NCBI GenBank assembly: GCA_965223415.1
Contig: OZ245002.1
Coordinates: 3,072,001-3,136,000, forward strand
Length of the DNA: 64,000 bases
Source of the DNA: Myxococcota bacterium
Lineage (GTDB): Bacteria > Myxococcota_A > UBA9160 > UBA6930
Direction of reading: 5' to 3'
Shown: one piece after another, positions 27,581-36,695 of the stretch
Position numbering within the stretch: position 1 is the first letter of the stretch
Layout of the letters: each line of letters begins with the position of its first letter
Translations under genes and position numbers: made by a program
The notes under the pieces: generated by a model
The model's database searches: none
What the model was told of the DNA's origin: nothing
What the model saw: only the letters and a program-made list of their open reading frames with translations

Positions 27581-29067
27581 GCCGCCTCCACCTCTTCGAT
27601 GCAGCGGTACTCGGAGAAGTCCGGCCGCCTCATCTCCTTCCGGAAGCGGTCCGGCGACCACGGGTAGAGGTTCGGCAGCCCCGTCTTGTCGAGGTACCAG
27701 CTGTTGCAGCCGCCGCTCACCCAGATGGTGCGGGGGAGGGCGGCGCGCAGCTCTGCGTTGTAGGCCTCGAAGGCCTCCTGCTTCGGCGCGATGGCTTCGA
27801 GGCCCCGGTGCTTCATCTCGTCGAGGCACTGGATCAGGTAGTCGACCTGGTACTCGCTGATCGTGATCAGCGAGAGGTTGCCGATCGGGCCGGTGGGGCC
27901 CTCGAGCATCCAGAAGTTCGGGAAGCCGGGGATGCACATGGCGCGGTGGGCGCGCGGGTTGCCGTCCCAGAGCTTCTCGAGGTCGACGCCGTTCTCACCG
28001 GTGACCCGGGTCGGCAGGACGAAGGCGGCGGCGTTGAAGCCCGTGGCGAGCACCAGGACGTCGAGATCGTGGTGCCGCCCGTCGTCGGTGACGACGCCGC
28101 CCTCGTCGACGCGATCGATCCCCTCGGTGACGAGCTCGGCGTTGTCCCGGGTGATCGCGGGGTAGAAGTCCGAGCAGATCACGATGCGCTTGCAGCCGGC
28201 CTCGTAGTCCGGCGTGAGCTTCCGTTTCAGCTCGGGGTCGCTGACGTGGAGGTCGAGGTTCTCCTGGCACGCGTCCGCGAGCCGCCGGTGCGCCTTCTCG
28301 TCTCCGAGCACGGCGCCGCCGATCAGCCGGCTCATGACGAAGTAGTACCCGTAGTAGAGGACGCGGGCGGCGAACGGGACGGCCCGGACGAAGCGCTTCC
28401 AGCCCTCCGAGTACTTCTTCTGGGGAAGCGGCACCATCCATTGGGGCGTTCGCTGGAAGACCGAGAGGTGACCGACCTCCGCGGCGATGGCGCCGGCGAT
28501 TTGCGCCGCGGTGGAGCCGGTGCCGACGATGCCCACCCGCTTTCCCGCGAGATCGACCGAATGGTCCCAGCGCGCCGAGTGGAAGGCTGCGCCTTCGAAC
28601 TCGTCGAGGCCCGGGATGTCCGGGAGCACCGGCTGGTGCAGGACGCCTGTCGCCGTCACGACGACGTCGAACATCCGTACCTCGCCGGTTCCGGTCTCGA
28701 GCCGCCAGCGCGGCGCTTCGTAGGTGAGTTCCGTGACGGGCGTGTCGAACTGCACCAACTCCGTCACGCCGAACCTCTCCGCCGTCTTCTCCATGTACGC
28801 CTGGATCTCCGGGCCGTAGGAGAAGCGGTGGGACCAGTCCGGGTTCGGCGCGAAGGTGAAGGAATACCAGTAGGAGGGGACGTCGCAGGAAAGCCCTGGA
28901 TAGGTGTTCTCGCGCCAGGTGCCGCCCACCCGGTCGGTCTTCTCGTAGACCGTGAGATCGGTGTAGCCCGCGCGGCGCAGCTTCACGACGGCGGCGATGC
29001 CGGACATGCCGGCGCCGATGATGGCGATGGAGGGCTGACGCCCCTCTCGGGCCCAGGCGTGGACCAT
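27577..29067 (-). CDS. Flavin-containing (Baeyer-Villiger type) monooxygenase
   Basis: GAGMSG, GGTWRENTYPG, FHSARW, GTGSTA, ATGF. Confidence 0.93.
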   Translation of the reverse strand: MVHAWAREGRQPSIAIIGAGMSGIAAVVKLRRAGYTDLTVYEKTDRVGGTWRENTYPGLSCDVPSYWYSFTFAPNPDWSHRFSYGPEIQAYMEKTAERFGVTELVQFDTPVTELTYEAPRWRLETGTGEVRMFDVVVTATGVLHQPVLPDIPGLDEFEGAAFHSARWDHSVDLAGKRVGIVGTGSTAAQIAGAIAAEVGHLSVFQRTPQWMVPLPQKKYSEGWKRFVRAVPFAARVLYYGYYFVMSRLIGGAVLGDEKAHRRLADACQENLDLHVSDPELKRKLTPDYEAGCKRIVICSDFYPAITRDNAELVTEGIDRVDEGGVVTDDGRHHDLDVLVLATGFNAAAFVLPTRVTGENGVDLEKLWDGNPRAHRAMCIPGFPNFWMLEGPTGPIGNLSLITISEYQVDYLIQCLDEMKHRGLEAIAPKQEAFEAYNAELRAALPRTIWVSGGCNSWYLDKTGLPNLYPWSPDRFRKEMRRPDFSEYRCIEEVEAA

Positions 29068-29079
29068 CTTCCTGCTCCT

Positions 29080-30372
29080 CTATGCGGCCTTCAGCTGATT
29101 GTCGCCCGCGAAGGCGGGGCACTTCCGGGCAGCGGGCGGGATGTCGGCGAGGGAGAGAGGCTTCGCGATCTCGGCGTGGGTGGGGCCGAAGCGTCGCGCG
29201 AGGGGCACCAGCGCCTCCAGGTCGAAGCCGTAGAGCTTTGCCGCATTCAGGCCGACCATCTGCTGGATCTCCGTCGGATCCACCCCCTCGAAGGTGAGGC
29301 GGAGGTGCTCGCGGGTGTAGGGGTGGGTTCCCTCGACGTGCGGGTAGTCACTGCCCCAGAGGATGCGGTCGATGCCCAGCCGATGTCGCGCCGCGCACTC
29401 CTTGGGCGGCAGGAAGCTCGCCCCCACGTGGCACTGCCGCGCGAAGTACTCCGAGGGGGTGAGCGACATCTTCGCGACGGTCGGGCCACCGAAGATGTGC
29501 TCGGAGCATTGGTCGTTGTACTTCATGCGATGGAAGAAGTTGTCGAGCTCCTCCAGCACGCGGGGGGCCCAGTCGACGCCCGTCTCGGTGAGCACGAACT
29601 GGAGACCCGGGTGTCGCTCGAAGACGCCGCTGAACATCAGGTGCCAGAGGGAGCGGTGGGCCCACCAGGTCACCTCCAGCATGAACATGGCCATGGACTG
29701 GGGCAGGTACATGCCGAAGTCCGGGGTGGATCCGCCCGTGTGGTGGTTGAGGGGCATCCCCAGCTCCTCGCAGACGGCGAAGATGGGCTCGTACTCCGGG
29801 GCATAGAGGGGAGGGATGCCGGAGCCGGGGGGCGCTCCCGGCAGCAGCACGCCGCCGCGGAGCCCGTTCTCCTTCGCCCAGCGGATCTCCGCGACCGATT
29901 CCTCGACGTAGGGGAGGAAGACCTGGGCGACGCCGGCTCGCCGCTCCGGCTCCTCTTTGCAGAAATCCGCGAGCCAGCGGTTGTAGGCCTGGATGCCGGC
30001 CCAGCGGCGCGGGTGGTCGTCGCCGATCTCCGCCTCGCCGAACTCGCTCATCATGGTGGGCGCGAAAGGAGGCGAGGTGTTGGGGAAGATCACCTCGGCG
30101 ACGACGCCGTCGGCCTCGGTCTCGCGCAGGCGGCGGGTGGTGTCCCAGTTGCGGTCGCCGTCGATCTCCGGATCGCCGTCGACGCCAATGCTCCGCTTGC
30201 CCATCACCTGACGCATGATCTTGGCGAGCTGAGCCTGCTGCTCGACCCAGGCGCGGAACTCGCCCTGCCACTTCCGCTCCAGGTAGGGGCCGAAGCCCTC
30301 GGGATCCGAGCCCGCGTGGGTGTCGGCGGTGATGAGCAGGTAGCGATCGAGGCCTTCGAGGGAGCTGGGCAT
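29080..30372 (-). CDS. Amidohydrolase family protein (Amidohydro_2)
   Basis: ITADTHAG, DGVVAEVIFPN, NHHTG, WGSDYPHVEGT. Confidence 0.9.
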   Translation of the reverse strand: MPSSLEGLDRYLLITADTHAGSDPEGFGPYLERKWQGEFRAWVEQQAQLAKIMRQVMGKRSIGVDGDPEIDGDRNWDTTRRLRETEADGVVAEVIFPNTSPPFAPTMMSEFGEAEIGDDHPRRWAGIQAYNRWLADFCKEEPERRAGVAQVFLPYVEESVAEIRWAKENGLRGGVLLPGAPPGSGIPPLYAPEYEPIFAVCEELGMPLNHHTGGSTPDFGMYLPQSMAMFMLEVTWWAHRSLWHLMFSGVFERHPGLQFVLTETGVDWAPRVLEELDNFFHRMKYNDQCSEHIFGGPTVAKMSLTPSEYFARQCHVGASFLPPKECAARHRLGIDRILWGSDYPHVEGTHPYTREHLRLTFEGVDPTEIQQMVGLNAAKLYGFDLEALVPLARRFGPTHAEIAKPLSLADIPPAARKCPAFAGDNQLKAA

Positions 30373-30415
30373 GGTCTCCTCCTCGCCGGGAGACTAGCGC
30401 GCTAGGGTGCAAGCC

Positions 30416-30880
30416 ATGCCCGTCTGGAAGCCGCTGGCCGGCGCTCTCGCCCTCGCGGCGGTCGGATGCCGTGCGCCTGCACCCGCAGCCCCGGTTCCCC
30501 CCGTGCCCTACCGCTCCCACGTCGACGTCCAGCAGCTCATGGCACGGATCCTCTTTCCGGTGAGCGACGAGATCTGGGACTCGTCGGGCACCATCATCAC
30601 CGCCGAGGGCCGCACCGAGCTGGCGCCGACCACGGACGAGGGCTGGGAGCGGGTGCACGACCGCGCCCTGCTCGTGGCCGAGCTCGGCAACCTGCTGATG
30701 CTGCCGGGGCGGTCCCAGAGCCCCGAGTGGGACGCCTACGCCCGCGGCATGAGCGCCGCCGCCCTCGAATCCGTCGTGGCCGCCCAGGCTCGGGACCCGG
30801 ACGCGCTCTTCGACGCCGGCGGCCGGCTCTACCAGACCTGCAAGGCCTGCCACGACCGCTACTGGCTGACGGACGAGTAG
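30416..30880 (+). CDS. Lipoprotein cytochrome c (class II / c'-like)
   Basis: Lipobox LAAVGC; helical body; C-terminal CKACH. Confidence 0.8.
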   Translation: MPVWKPLAGALALAAVGCRAPAPAAPVPPVPYRSHVDVQQLMARILFPVSDEIWDSSGTIITAEGRTELAPTTDEGWERVHDRALLVAELGNLLMLPGRSQSPEWDAYARGMSAAALESVVAAQARDPDALFDAGGRLYQTCKACHDRYWLTDE

Positions 30881-30883
30881 CCG

Positions 30884-31444
30884 GTGTCGCTCCTGCCCTT
30901 CTGCGAGTGGCTCGCCTCGACGCCCTGGAGCGTCGCCCTCGTCGAGTCGCTGTGGGCCTACCCCCTGATCGAGACCACCCACGTGCTCTCGCTGATGCTC
31001 TTCGTCGGCACGGTCTTCTTCGTCGACCTGCGGCTCCTGGGCTGGGCGCTGCGCGACGTTCCCGTTTCCGAGGTCACTGCGCGCATCCTGCCCTGGACCG
31101 TCTCCGGCTTCGCCATCGCCGCGCTGACTGGCGCACTGCTCTTCTACGCCATTCCGGTCCGCACCTACCTGAGCCTTTTCTTCCGCATCAAGGTCGTGAT
31201 GCTGGTCGTCGTGGCCATCAGCATCACGAGCTTCCACCGCTACATGAACCGCACCGGGGCCGTCTGGGACCATGATCCCGTGCCCCCGCCGCGTGCGCGG
31301 CTGGCCGGCGCCGTGTCCCTCGTCTCCTGGGCCACGGTGATCGTGATGGGCCGCCTGATCGCCTACAACTGGTTCGACTGTGATCGGCAGCCCCAGCCCG
31401 CCTTCGTGAACTGGGCGGCCGGCTGTCCCCTCGAAGGGCCCTGA
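30884..31444 (+). CDS. DUF6644-like membrane protein
   Basis: WAYPLIETTHVL, VDLRLLG, TGALLF, FRIKV, GRLIAY. Confidence 0.75.
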   Translation: MSLLPFCEWLASTPWSVALVESLWAYPLIETTHVLSLMLFVGTVFFVDLRLLGWALRDVPVSEVTARILPWTVSGFAIAALTGALLFYAIPVRTYLSLFFRIKVVMLVVVAISITSFHRYMNRTGAVWDHDPVPPPRARLAGAVSLVSWATVIVMGRLIAYNWFDCDRQPQPAFVNWAAGCPLEGP

Positions 31445-31447
31445 GCG

Positions 31448-31918
31448 ATGACGCTCTTCGAGGTCTTCGACCGGTTGGAGCAGACGGCGCTCGGGGCGGC
31501 GGTTCGCGATTCCGTGTGGCTTTTCCCCGTGATCGAAGCCGGTCATCTCCTGGGCCTGGCGGTGCTGGGTGGCTCCGTGCTCCTCCTCGACCTCCGGCTC
31601 CTTGGCCTCGGCCTGGGAGCACGCCCGGTCGCCTACGTGCGGGAGCAGACCGGGCCATGGGTCGTCGCGGCGCTCGTCGTGCTCGTCGCCACGGGCATCC
31701 CGCTCTTCCTCTCGGAGGCGGTCAAGTGCTACTTCAGCCCGGCCTTCTGGGTGAAGATGGGAGCCCTGGCCGCCGCCCTCGTGTTCACCTTCGGCGTGCG
31801 CAATCGCCTGGCCGGGCGCGAGGGGCTGGGGCCCGCGGCGGCCCGGATGCTCGGGACCGCGTCCATGGCCCTGTGGCTCACGGTCGCCGCGGCAGGGCGA
31901 TGGATCGGGTTCTCCTAG
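31448..31918 (+). CDS. DUF6644-like membrane protein (paralogue)
   Basis: WLFPVIEAGHLL, LDLRLLG, TGIPLF, FWVKM, GRWIGF. Confidence 0.75.
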   Translation: MTLFEVFDRLEQTALGAAVRDSVWLFPVIEAGHLLGLAVLGGSVLLLDLRLLGLGLGARPVAYVREQTGPWVVAALVVLVATGIPLFLSEAVKCYFSPAFWVKMGALAAALVFTFGVRNRLAGREGLGPAAARMLGTASMALWLTVAAAGRWIGFS

Positions 31919-31938
31919 CGCGGCGAACGATCGGGTCG

Positions 31939-32376
31939 TCACGGCCGCTTCGGCTCCCGGGGATCGAAGCCGTCCCGCGGCGCCCCCGTTCCCGATGAGC
32001 CCATGAAGATCTTGCGGCCGTCCGAGAAAGTGACGTCGCGTCCGTTGGCCTTGCAAGCCGGTTGGCAACGCTTGTCCTTGGCCTGGTAGCCCCGCACGAC
32101 GATCTCCGCGCCGATCTTGAGCGTGTTCTTGTTCAGGCCGGCTCGCAGGAGCGTGTTGGGGGTGCCGCCCTCGACCATCCAGGTGACGCTGGTGCCGTCG
32201 TCCCGGGCCACGTCGACGTGGATCCAGGCGTGGGGATTGATCCACTCGATCTTCGAGACCTTGCCTTGGACGGTCACCGGGGCGTTCGCGTCGAACTCGG
32301 CGGCGAAGGCGTGGTGGGCAGCGGCAGGAGTGCTGATCCATGCCAGGGCCAGCGAGATCGGGAGCAGCACCTTCAT
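31939..32376 (-). CDS. DUF6152-like exported protein
   Basis: Signal peptide ending PAAA, then HHAFAAEFD; GKVSKIEWINPHAWI; WMVEGGTPN. Confidence 0.8.
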   Translation of the reverse strand: MKVLLPISLALAWISTPAAAHHAFAAEFDANAPVTVQGKVSKIEWINPHAWIHVDVARDDGTSVTWMVEGGTPNTLLRAGLNKNTLKIGAEIVVRGYQAKDKRCQPACKANGRDVTFSDGRKIFMGSSGTGAPRDGFDPREPKRP

Positions 32377-32380
32377 CGGA

Positions 32381-33340
32381 TCAGTCCTCCGCTCGGGCGC
32401 CCGCCAGGATGTTCGTGAGGGAGTAGTTGCCCTCGTGGCAGGCGTACTCGTAGATCCGGCCTTCCGCGGCGAGGAACGGGACCTCTCCCTTCCACACCTG
32501 GGTGTAGACCTTCGGATCCTCCACCTCGAAGCGGTACTCGATCTCCCGCTCGCCGGTCCGGGTGAAGCGCTCGACCACCCGCGCGTCCGGCGAGAGCCAG
32601 ATGCGGTGGCGCAGGGAGGCGCGGAAGCTCTGCTGGGGATGGAAGTTGGTCGTCTCGACCACGAGCGTGTCGCCTTCCCAACGCCCGATCGAATCGCCGA
32701 ACCAGCGCTGGATCGGCGCCGGCAGGCGCTCGTCGTCGATGCGGATGATGCGGGCGTCGTGGTTCATCTCGACCAGGATCATCACGTAGCCCGGCGCCTG
32801 CACGATCTGGTAGTGGTTGTTGTAGAGGACGGGCAACATGGGCGGGCCGCCGGTGGAGCCGAAGCCGACCAGACAGCGCTCGCCGAGCAGCCGGGTCTCC
32901 GGGTCGTCGGCGTTGCGGAGGCCCCAGAAGCGGCCCGCCAGCTTCGCCCAGCCGCGCCAGGAGTAGGGGACCTTGCCGTCCGGAGGGTCGACGATCAGGG
33001 AGCTGCGGATCTCCCCGCCCACGACCGCCATTCGCGTGCCCGGATCCATCCAGAAGGTGTTGTAGCCGCCGACGTTCTCGCCCTCGGGAAGATCGCCCTC
33101 CGGGACGTCGTCGACGGACTCGAAGAACTCCGCGGTTCCCTGCTCGATGCGACGCGCCTCCTCCGGCGTGAGCACCAGCTTCTCGATCTCGTCCGGTCGC
33201 TCGAGGCCGGTGATCGTCGCGTTCGTCCAGGTGCCCTGGAGGTCCGGCACGCCCCAGGCCATGCGCGGAAGCGTCCAGCTCTCCTCCGCCCCGGCCGGCG
33301 CGGCCAGGCCGAGGAGCGCCAGGAGCCAGAGCGTCTTCAC
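32381..33340 (-). CDS. Exported hypothetical protein (PDLxGxW ... EYACHEGN family)
   Basis: GTG 33340 overlaps upstream TGA; signal peptide; GDSIGRWEGDTLVVETT. Confidence 0.8.
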   Translation of the reverse strand: MKTLWLLALLGLAAPAGAEESWTLPRMAWGVPDLQGTWTNATITGLERPDEIEKLVLTPEEARRIEQGTAEFFESVDDVPEGDLPEGENVGGYNTFWMDPGTRMAVVGGEIRSSLIVDPPDGKVPYSWRGWAKLAGRFWGLRNADDPETRLLGERCLVGFGSTGGPPMLPVLYNNHYQIVQAPGYVMILVEMNHDARIIRIDDERLPAPIQRWFGDSIGRWEGDTLVVETTNFHPQQSFRASLRHRIWLSPDARVVERFTRTGEREIEYRFEVEDPKVYTQVWKGEVPFLAAEGRIYEYACHEGNYSLTNILAGARAED

Positions 33341-34149
33341 GGAAGGCGCTCCTTGCGCAGGTGCCCGTAGAGGAGCTCTTCGACGAACTCGACGCAGTTG
33401 AACTGCATCAGCTCCGCGTCCGGGTCGGCGTGCTTGTAGAGGTGCATGCGGATCGTCCACGGCTTCGTGAAGACCTTCGGGTCCTCGAGGGTGGCCTCGT
33501 ACCGCATCAGGTGGTCGCCGGTCTTCGTGAAGTGCTCGACGACGCGGAGCTGCTCGCTGTGGAAGTTGCCGGCCCGGTCGAGCCAGGTCTGGTCGTTCTG
33601 GCCGGTCGTCTCGATCACCAGGGTGTCGCCCTCGAAGCGGCCCACCGACTGGCCCATCCAGGAGTCGAGGGGCGCGGGGCCCGGATCGTCCAGGTGCACG
33701 TTGCGCACGGCCCCAGCGTACTCGTAGGCGAAGAAGAGGGCGTCCTCGTTCTGGAGGATCTGGAAGGCGTAGGGCAGGTAGGTCGCCCGCGGGATGCCGG
33801 GCTGGTAGCACTTCACCTCCGGATCCCGCTCCGCCCAGAGGGCGCGGTTCTCGTCGCGCTGGGCGCGGGCCCAGTCCTGGTAGGGGATCTCGCCCCCGAC
33901 CACGACGCCCTGGCCCGCCGGCACGGCTCCGACGGCGCCGAGGGCGAGCACGTCCTTGCCGGGCACCGGACCGTGGGGCCCTTCCCGGAACAGCCGCCCC
34001 GCCCGGGCCGGGTGGGCCTCCAGGTCGTCGTTCGCCCGGCTCAGCACCTGCCAGATGCCGTTCAGGTCCGGGCGCCTCGCCTCCTCCGCGGCGGGTGCGG
34101 GAGCGGCCAGGAGCAGGAGGATCGGCCAGGCCGAGAGACACCTCGTCAT
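33337..34149 (-). CDS. Exported hypothetical protein, paralogue of 32381-33340
   Basis: Signal peptide; PDLNGIW, DPEVKC, GQSVGRFEGDTLVIETT, EDPKVFTKPW, FNCVE. Confidence 0.8.
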   Translation of the reverse strand: MTRCLSAWPILLLLAAPAPAAEEARRPDLNGIWQVLSRANDDLEAHPARAGRLFREGPHGPVPGKDVLALGAVGAVPAGQGVVVGGEIPYQDWARAQRDENRALWAERDPEVKCYQPGIPRATYLPYAFQILQNEDALFFAYEYAGAVRNVHLDDPGPAPLDSWMGQSVGRFEGDTLVIETTGQNDQTWLDRAGNFHSEQLRVVEHFTKTGDHLMRYEATLEDPKVFTKPWTIRMHLYKHADPDAELMQFNCVEFVEELLYGHLRKERLP

Positions 34150-34172
34150 CGAGGCGAGTGTAACGGCCCGGG

Positions 34173-35312
34173 TCAGAAGCCGGTGAGGCGTGCGAAGCGA
34201 TCCCGGTGGTAGGCGGCGTCGCCCAGGGTGAGCTCGGCGGCCTTGGCCCGCTTCAGGAAGAGCCCGATCTCCTCCTCGTCGGTCATGCCAATGCCGCCGT
34301 GCATCTGCAGGCCCTCGCAGGTGACGAGGCTCGCCGTATCGGAGCAGCGCGCCTTCGCGGCGCTGACCACCCGCCCGGCGAAGGGCCGGCCTTCGTCCAG
34401 GGCGCGGAGCGCGTCGAGGGCGACCGCCTGGGAGAGCTCGACCTCGCAGAACATGTGGGCGGCCCGGTGCTTCAGCGCCTGGAAGGTGCCGATCAGCACG
34501 CCGAACTGCTCGCGGGTCTTCAGGTAGGCGACGGTGCGCTCGAACACCTCGCTGACCAGGCCCACCAGCTCCGCGGACAGCGCCGCGGCGGCGCGGTCGA
34601 AGACCGCGTCGAGCACGTCGGCGCCCCGGCCCACCTCGCCCAGCACGGCGTCGCCGCCGACGGAAACCCCGGAGAGCCGGATCCGCGCCCCGCCCCGGCT
34701 ATCGACCAGGCTCGTCGGCGTGATCTCGAGCCCGTCGGCGTCCGAGCCCACGAGGAAGAGCGTGATGCCGTCGCGCTCGCCCGCGGCGCCGGAGGTGCGC
34801 GCCGCCACGACGAGCCGATCGGCCACGTGCCCGTCGAGCACGAAGACCTTCTCGCCCGAGAGACGGAAGCCGTCGCCCGCCGCCTCGGCCTTGGCGTCGA
34901 TCGCGTAGGGCGCGAAGCGCCCGGTCTCCTGGAAGGCCAGGGCGAGGAACGTCGTCCCTTCGCACACGCCCGGAAGGATCGCCTGCTTCTGCTCGTCGCT
35001 GCCGGCCAGTGCCACCGCGCCGCCTCCGAGGACCACGGTCGAGAGGAACGGGTAGGGGGCGAGGGTGCGGCCGCACTCCTCGAGCACCACGCCCAGCTCC
35101 GCCAAGCCGAGGCCGGCGCCGCCGTAGGCCTCGTCGAAGGGGATGCCCGGCCAGCCCAGCTCCGCCATCTCCTTCCACAGCTTCTTCGAGAAGCCCACCG
35201 GATCCTTCGCATCGCGAAGCTCGCGCAGGTGGGTCACGGGGGAGTGCTCGCGCAGGAACTCCGCCGCCGTTTCCTTCAGGAGCTCCTGCTCTTCGGTCAG
35301 TACCAGGCTCAT
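34173..35312 (-). CDS. Acyl-CoA dehydrogenase (beta-type subunit)
   Basis: LTEEQELL, REQFGVLIGTFQALKH, QMHGGIG. Confidence 0.92.
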   Translation of the reverse strand: MSLVLTEEQELLKETAAEFLREHSPVTHLRELRDAKDPVGFSKKLWKEMAELGWPGIPFDEAYGGAGLGLAELGVVLEECGRTLAPYPFLSTVVLGGGAVALAGSDEQKQAILPGVCEGTTFLALAFQETGRFAPYAIDAKAEAAGDGFRLSGEKVFVLDGHVADRLVVAARTSGAAGERDGITLFLVGSDADGLEITPTSLVDSRGGARIRLSGVSVGGDAVLGEVGRGADVLDAVFDRAAAALSAELVGLVSEVFERTVAYLKTREQFGVLIGTFQALKHRAAHMFCEVELSQAVALDALRALDEGRPFAGRVVSAAKARCSDTASLVTCEGLQMHGGIGMTDEEEIGLFLKRAKAAELTLGDAAYHRDRFARLTGF

Positions 35313-35402
35313 GACGGCTCCTCTCGTCGATCCTGGAGTACCAGGCTCATGACGGCTCCTCTCGTCGATCCTGGAGTACCAGGCTCATGGTGGCTCCTCG
35401 TC
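35299..35402. repeat. 38-bp tandem repeat (2 perfect copies + 1 partial) containing SD, ATG and first codons of the downstream gene
   Basis: AGTACCAGGCTCATGACGGCTCCTCTCGTCGATCCTGG at 35299 and 35337; degenerate copy from 35375. Confidence 0.95.
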
Positions 35403-36606
35403 AGTCCGGCAGGCCAAGAACACGCTTGGCGATCACGTTGAGCTGGACCTCGGAGGTCCCGCCTTCGATGGAGTTGCCCTTGGAGCGCAGCCAGCCCCGG
35501 GTCTCCATGACGTCGTGGGGCTCGAAGCCGTCCCCTTCCCAGCCGAGGCCGTCGGCTCCGCGCACGGACATCATGATCTCGGAGCGGCGCTTGTTCATCT
35601 CGCTGGCGTAGAGCTTGAACATCGAGGTGGCCGCGCCGGGGCCCTGGCCGGCCTTCGCCTGCTCGCCGCTGCGCTTGAGCGTGAGGCCGAAGCACAGGCC
35701 GTCCAGCTCCTGCTGGGCGATGCGTTCGCGGAGCGTCGGGTCGGCGAGCCTTCCGTCCGCCTCCTCGCCCAGGTAGCCGCGGGCGGTCTCGGCGAGGCCG
35801 CTTCGCGGCGCGCTCGGCCCGGCGCCCTTGCCCTTCTTCGCGGGCCGGTCCTCGCCGCCGGGCATGCCGCCGGAGAGCATCTGCCGCTCGTGCTGGAGCA
35901 GGCGCTTGGCGATGGTCCAGCCGCCGTTCAGCTCGCCGACCAGGTTACGGGCCTCGGCCTTCACGTCCTCGAAGAAGACCTGGCAGAACTCCGACGCCCC
36001 GCTGATCAGCTGGATCGGTGAGATCGTCACACCGGGCTGACGCAGGTCGAAGAGGATGAAGCTGATGCCGTCATGCTTCGGCACGTCCGGATCGGTGCGT
36101 GTCAGGCAGAAGATCCAGTCCGCCTGATGGGCGCCGGTGGTCCAGATCTTCGAGCCATTGATGATGTAGTGGTCGCCGTCGCGCACCGCGCGGGTCTGCA
36201 GGCTGGCCAGGTCCGAGCCGGAGCCCGGCTCGCTGTAGCCCTGGCACCACTGGATCTCGCCGCTCGTGATCTTCGGCAGGTGCTCCTTCTTCTGCTCCTC
36301 GTTGCCGAACTCGAGCAGCACCGGCCCCAGCATCGAGGTGCCGAAGAAGCTCACCACCGGCGCGTAGCTGGCGACCCGCGCGACTTCCTGCTGGAGGATC
36401 TTGGCCTCCTCCTTCGAGAGGCCGCCGCCGCCGTACTCCGCAGGCCAGGTCGGCGTCGTGTAGCCGCGGCTCGCCATGGCGTCGAGCCAGGCCTTCTGGT
36501 CCGTCTCGCTGGGCTGGCTCGTCGAGCCCTTCCGGATGGACGGGGGGCAGCTCGCCTCGAGCCAGGCGGTCAGCTCCTCGCGGAACGCCTCGGGGGTGGT
36601 TGTCAT
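35401..36606 (-). CDS. Acyl-CoA dehydrogenase (alpha-type subunit)
   Basis: WCQGYSEPGSGSDLASL, NGSKIWT, SIEGGTSEVQ. Confidence 0.93.
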   Translation of the reverse strand: MTTTPEAFREELTAWLEASCPPSIRKGSTSQPSETDQKAWLDAMASRGYTTPTWPAEYGGGGLSKEEAKILQQEVARVASYAPVVSFFGTSMLGPVLLEFGNEEQKKEHLPKITSGEIQWCQGYSEPGSGSDLASLQTRAVRDGDHYIINGSKIWTTGAHQADWIFCLTRTDPDVPKHDGISFILFDLRQPGVTISPIQLISGASEFCQVFFEDVKAEARNLVGELNGGWTIAKRLLQHERQMLSGGMPGGEDRPAKKGKGAGPSAPRSGLAETARGYLGEEADGRLADPTLRERIAQQELDGLCFGLTLKRSGEQAKAGQGPGAATSMFKLYASEMNKRRSEIMMSVRGADGLGWEGDGFEPHDVMETRGWLRSKGNSIEGGTSEVQLNVIAKRVLGLPD

Positions 36607-36695
36607 GGGACCTCCGCTCGGGATAAGATTTGGCACTATAGCTGTCACATCCTTGGACCGCGAGGGGAGAACATGCGCTCGACGAGGGAACACCG

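Noticed and set aside
35299..35402. 38-bp repeats as a CRISPR array
   Set aside because: Units are contiguous with no unique spacers, they copy the adjacent gene start, and no cas genes are present.
36630..36648. TGGCAC as a sigma54 promoter (also at ~17013, ~17035 and TGGCAT at ~51795)
   Set aside because: The required GC at -12 is missing at the correct spacing.
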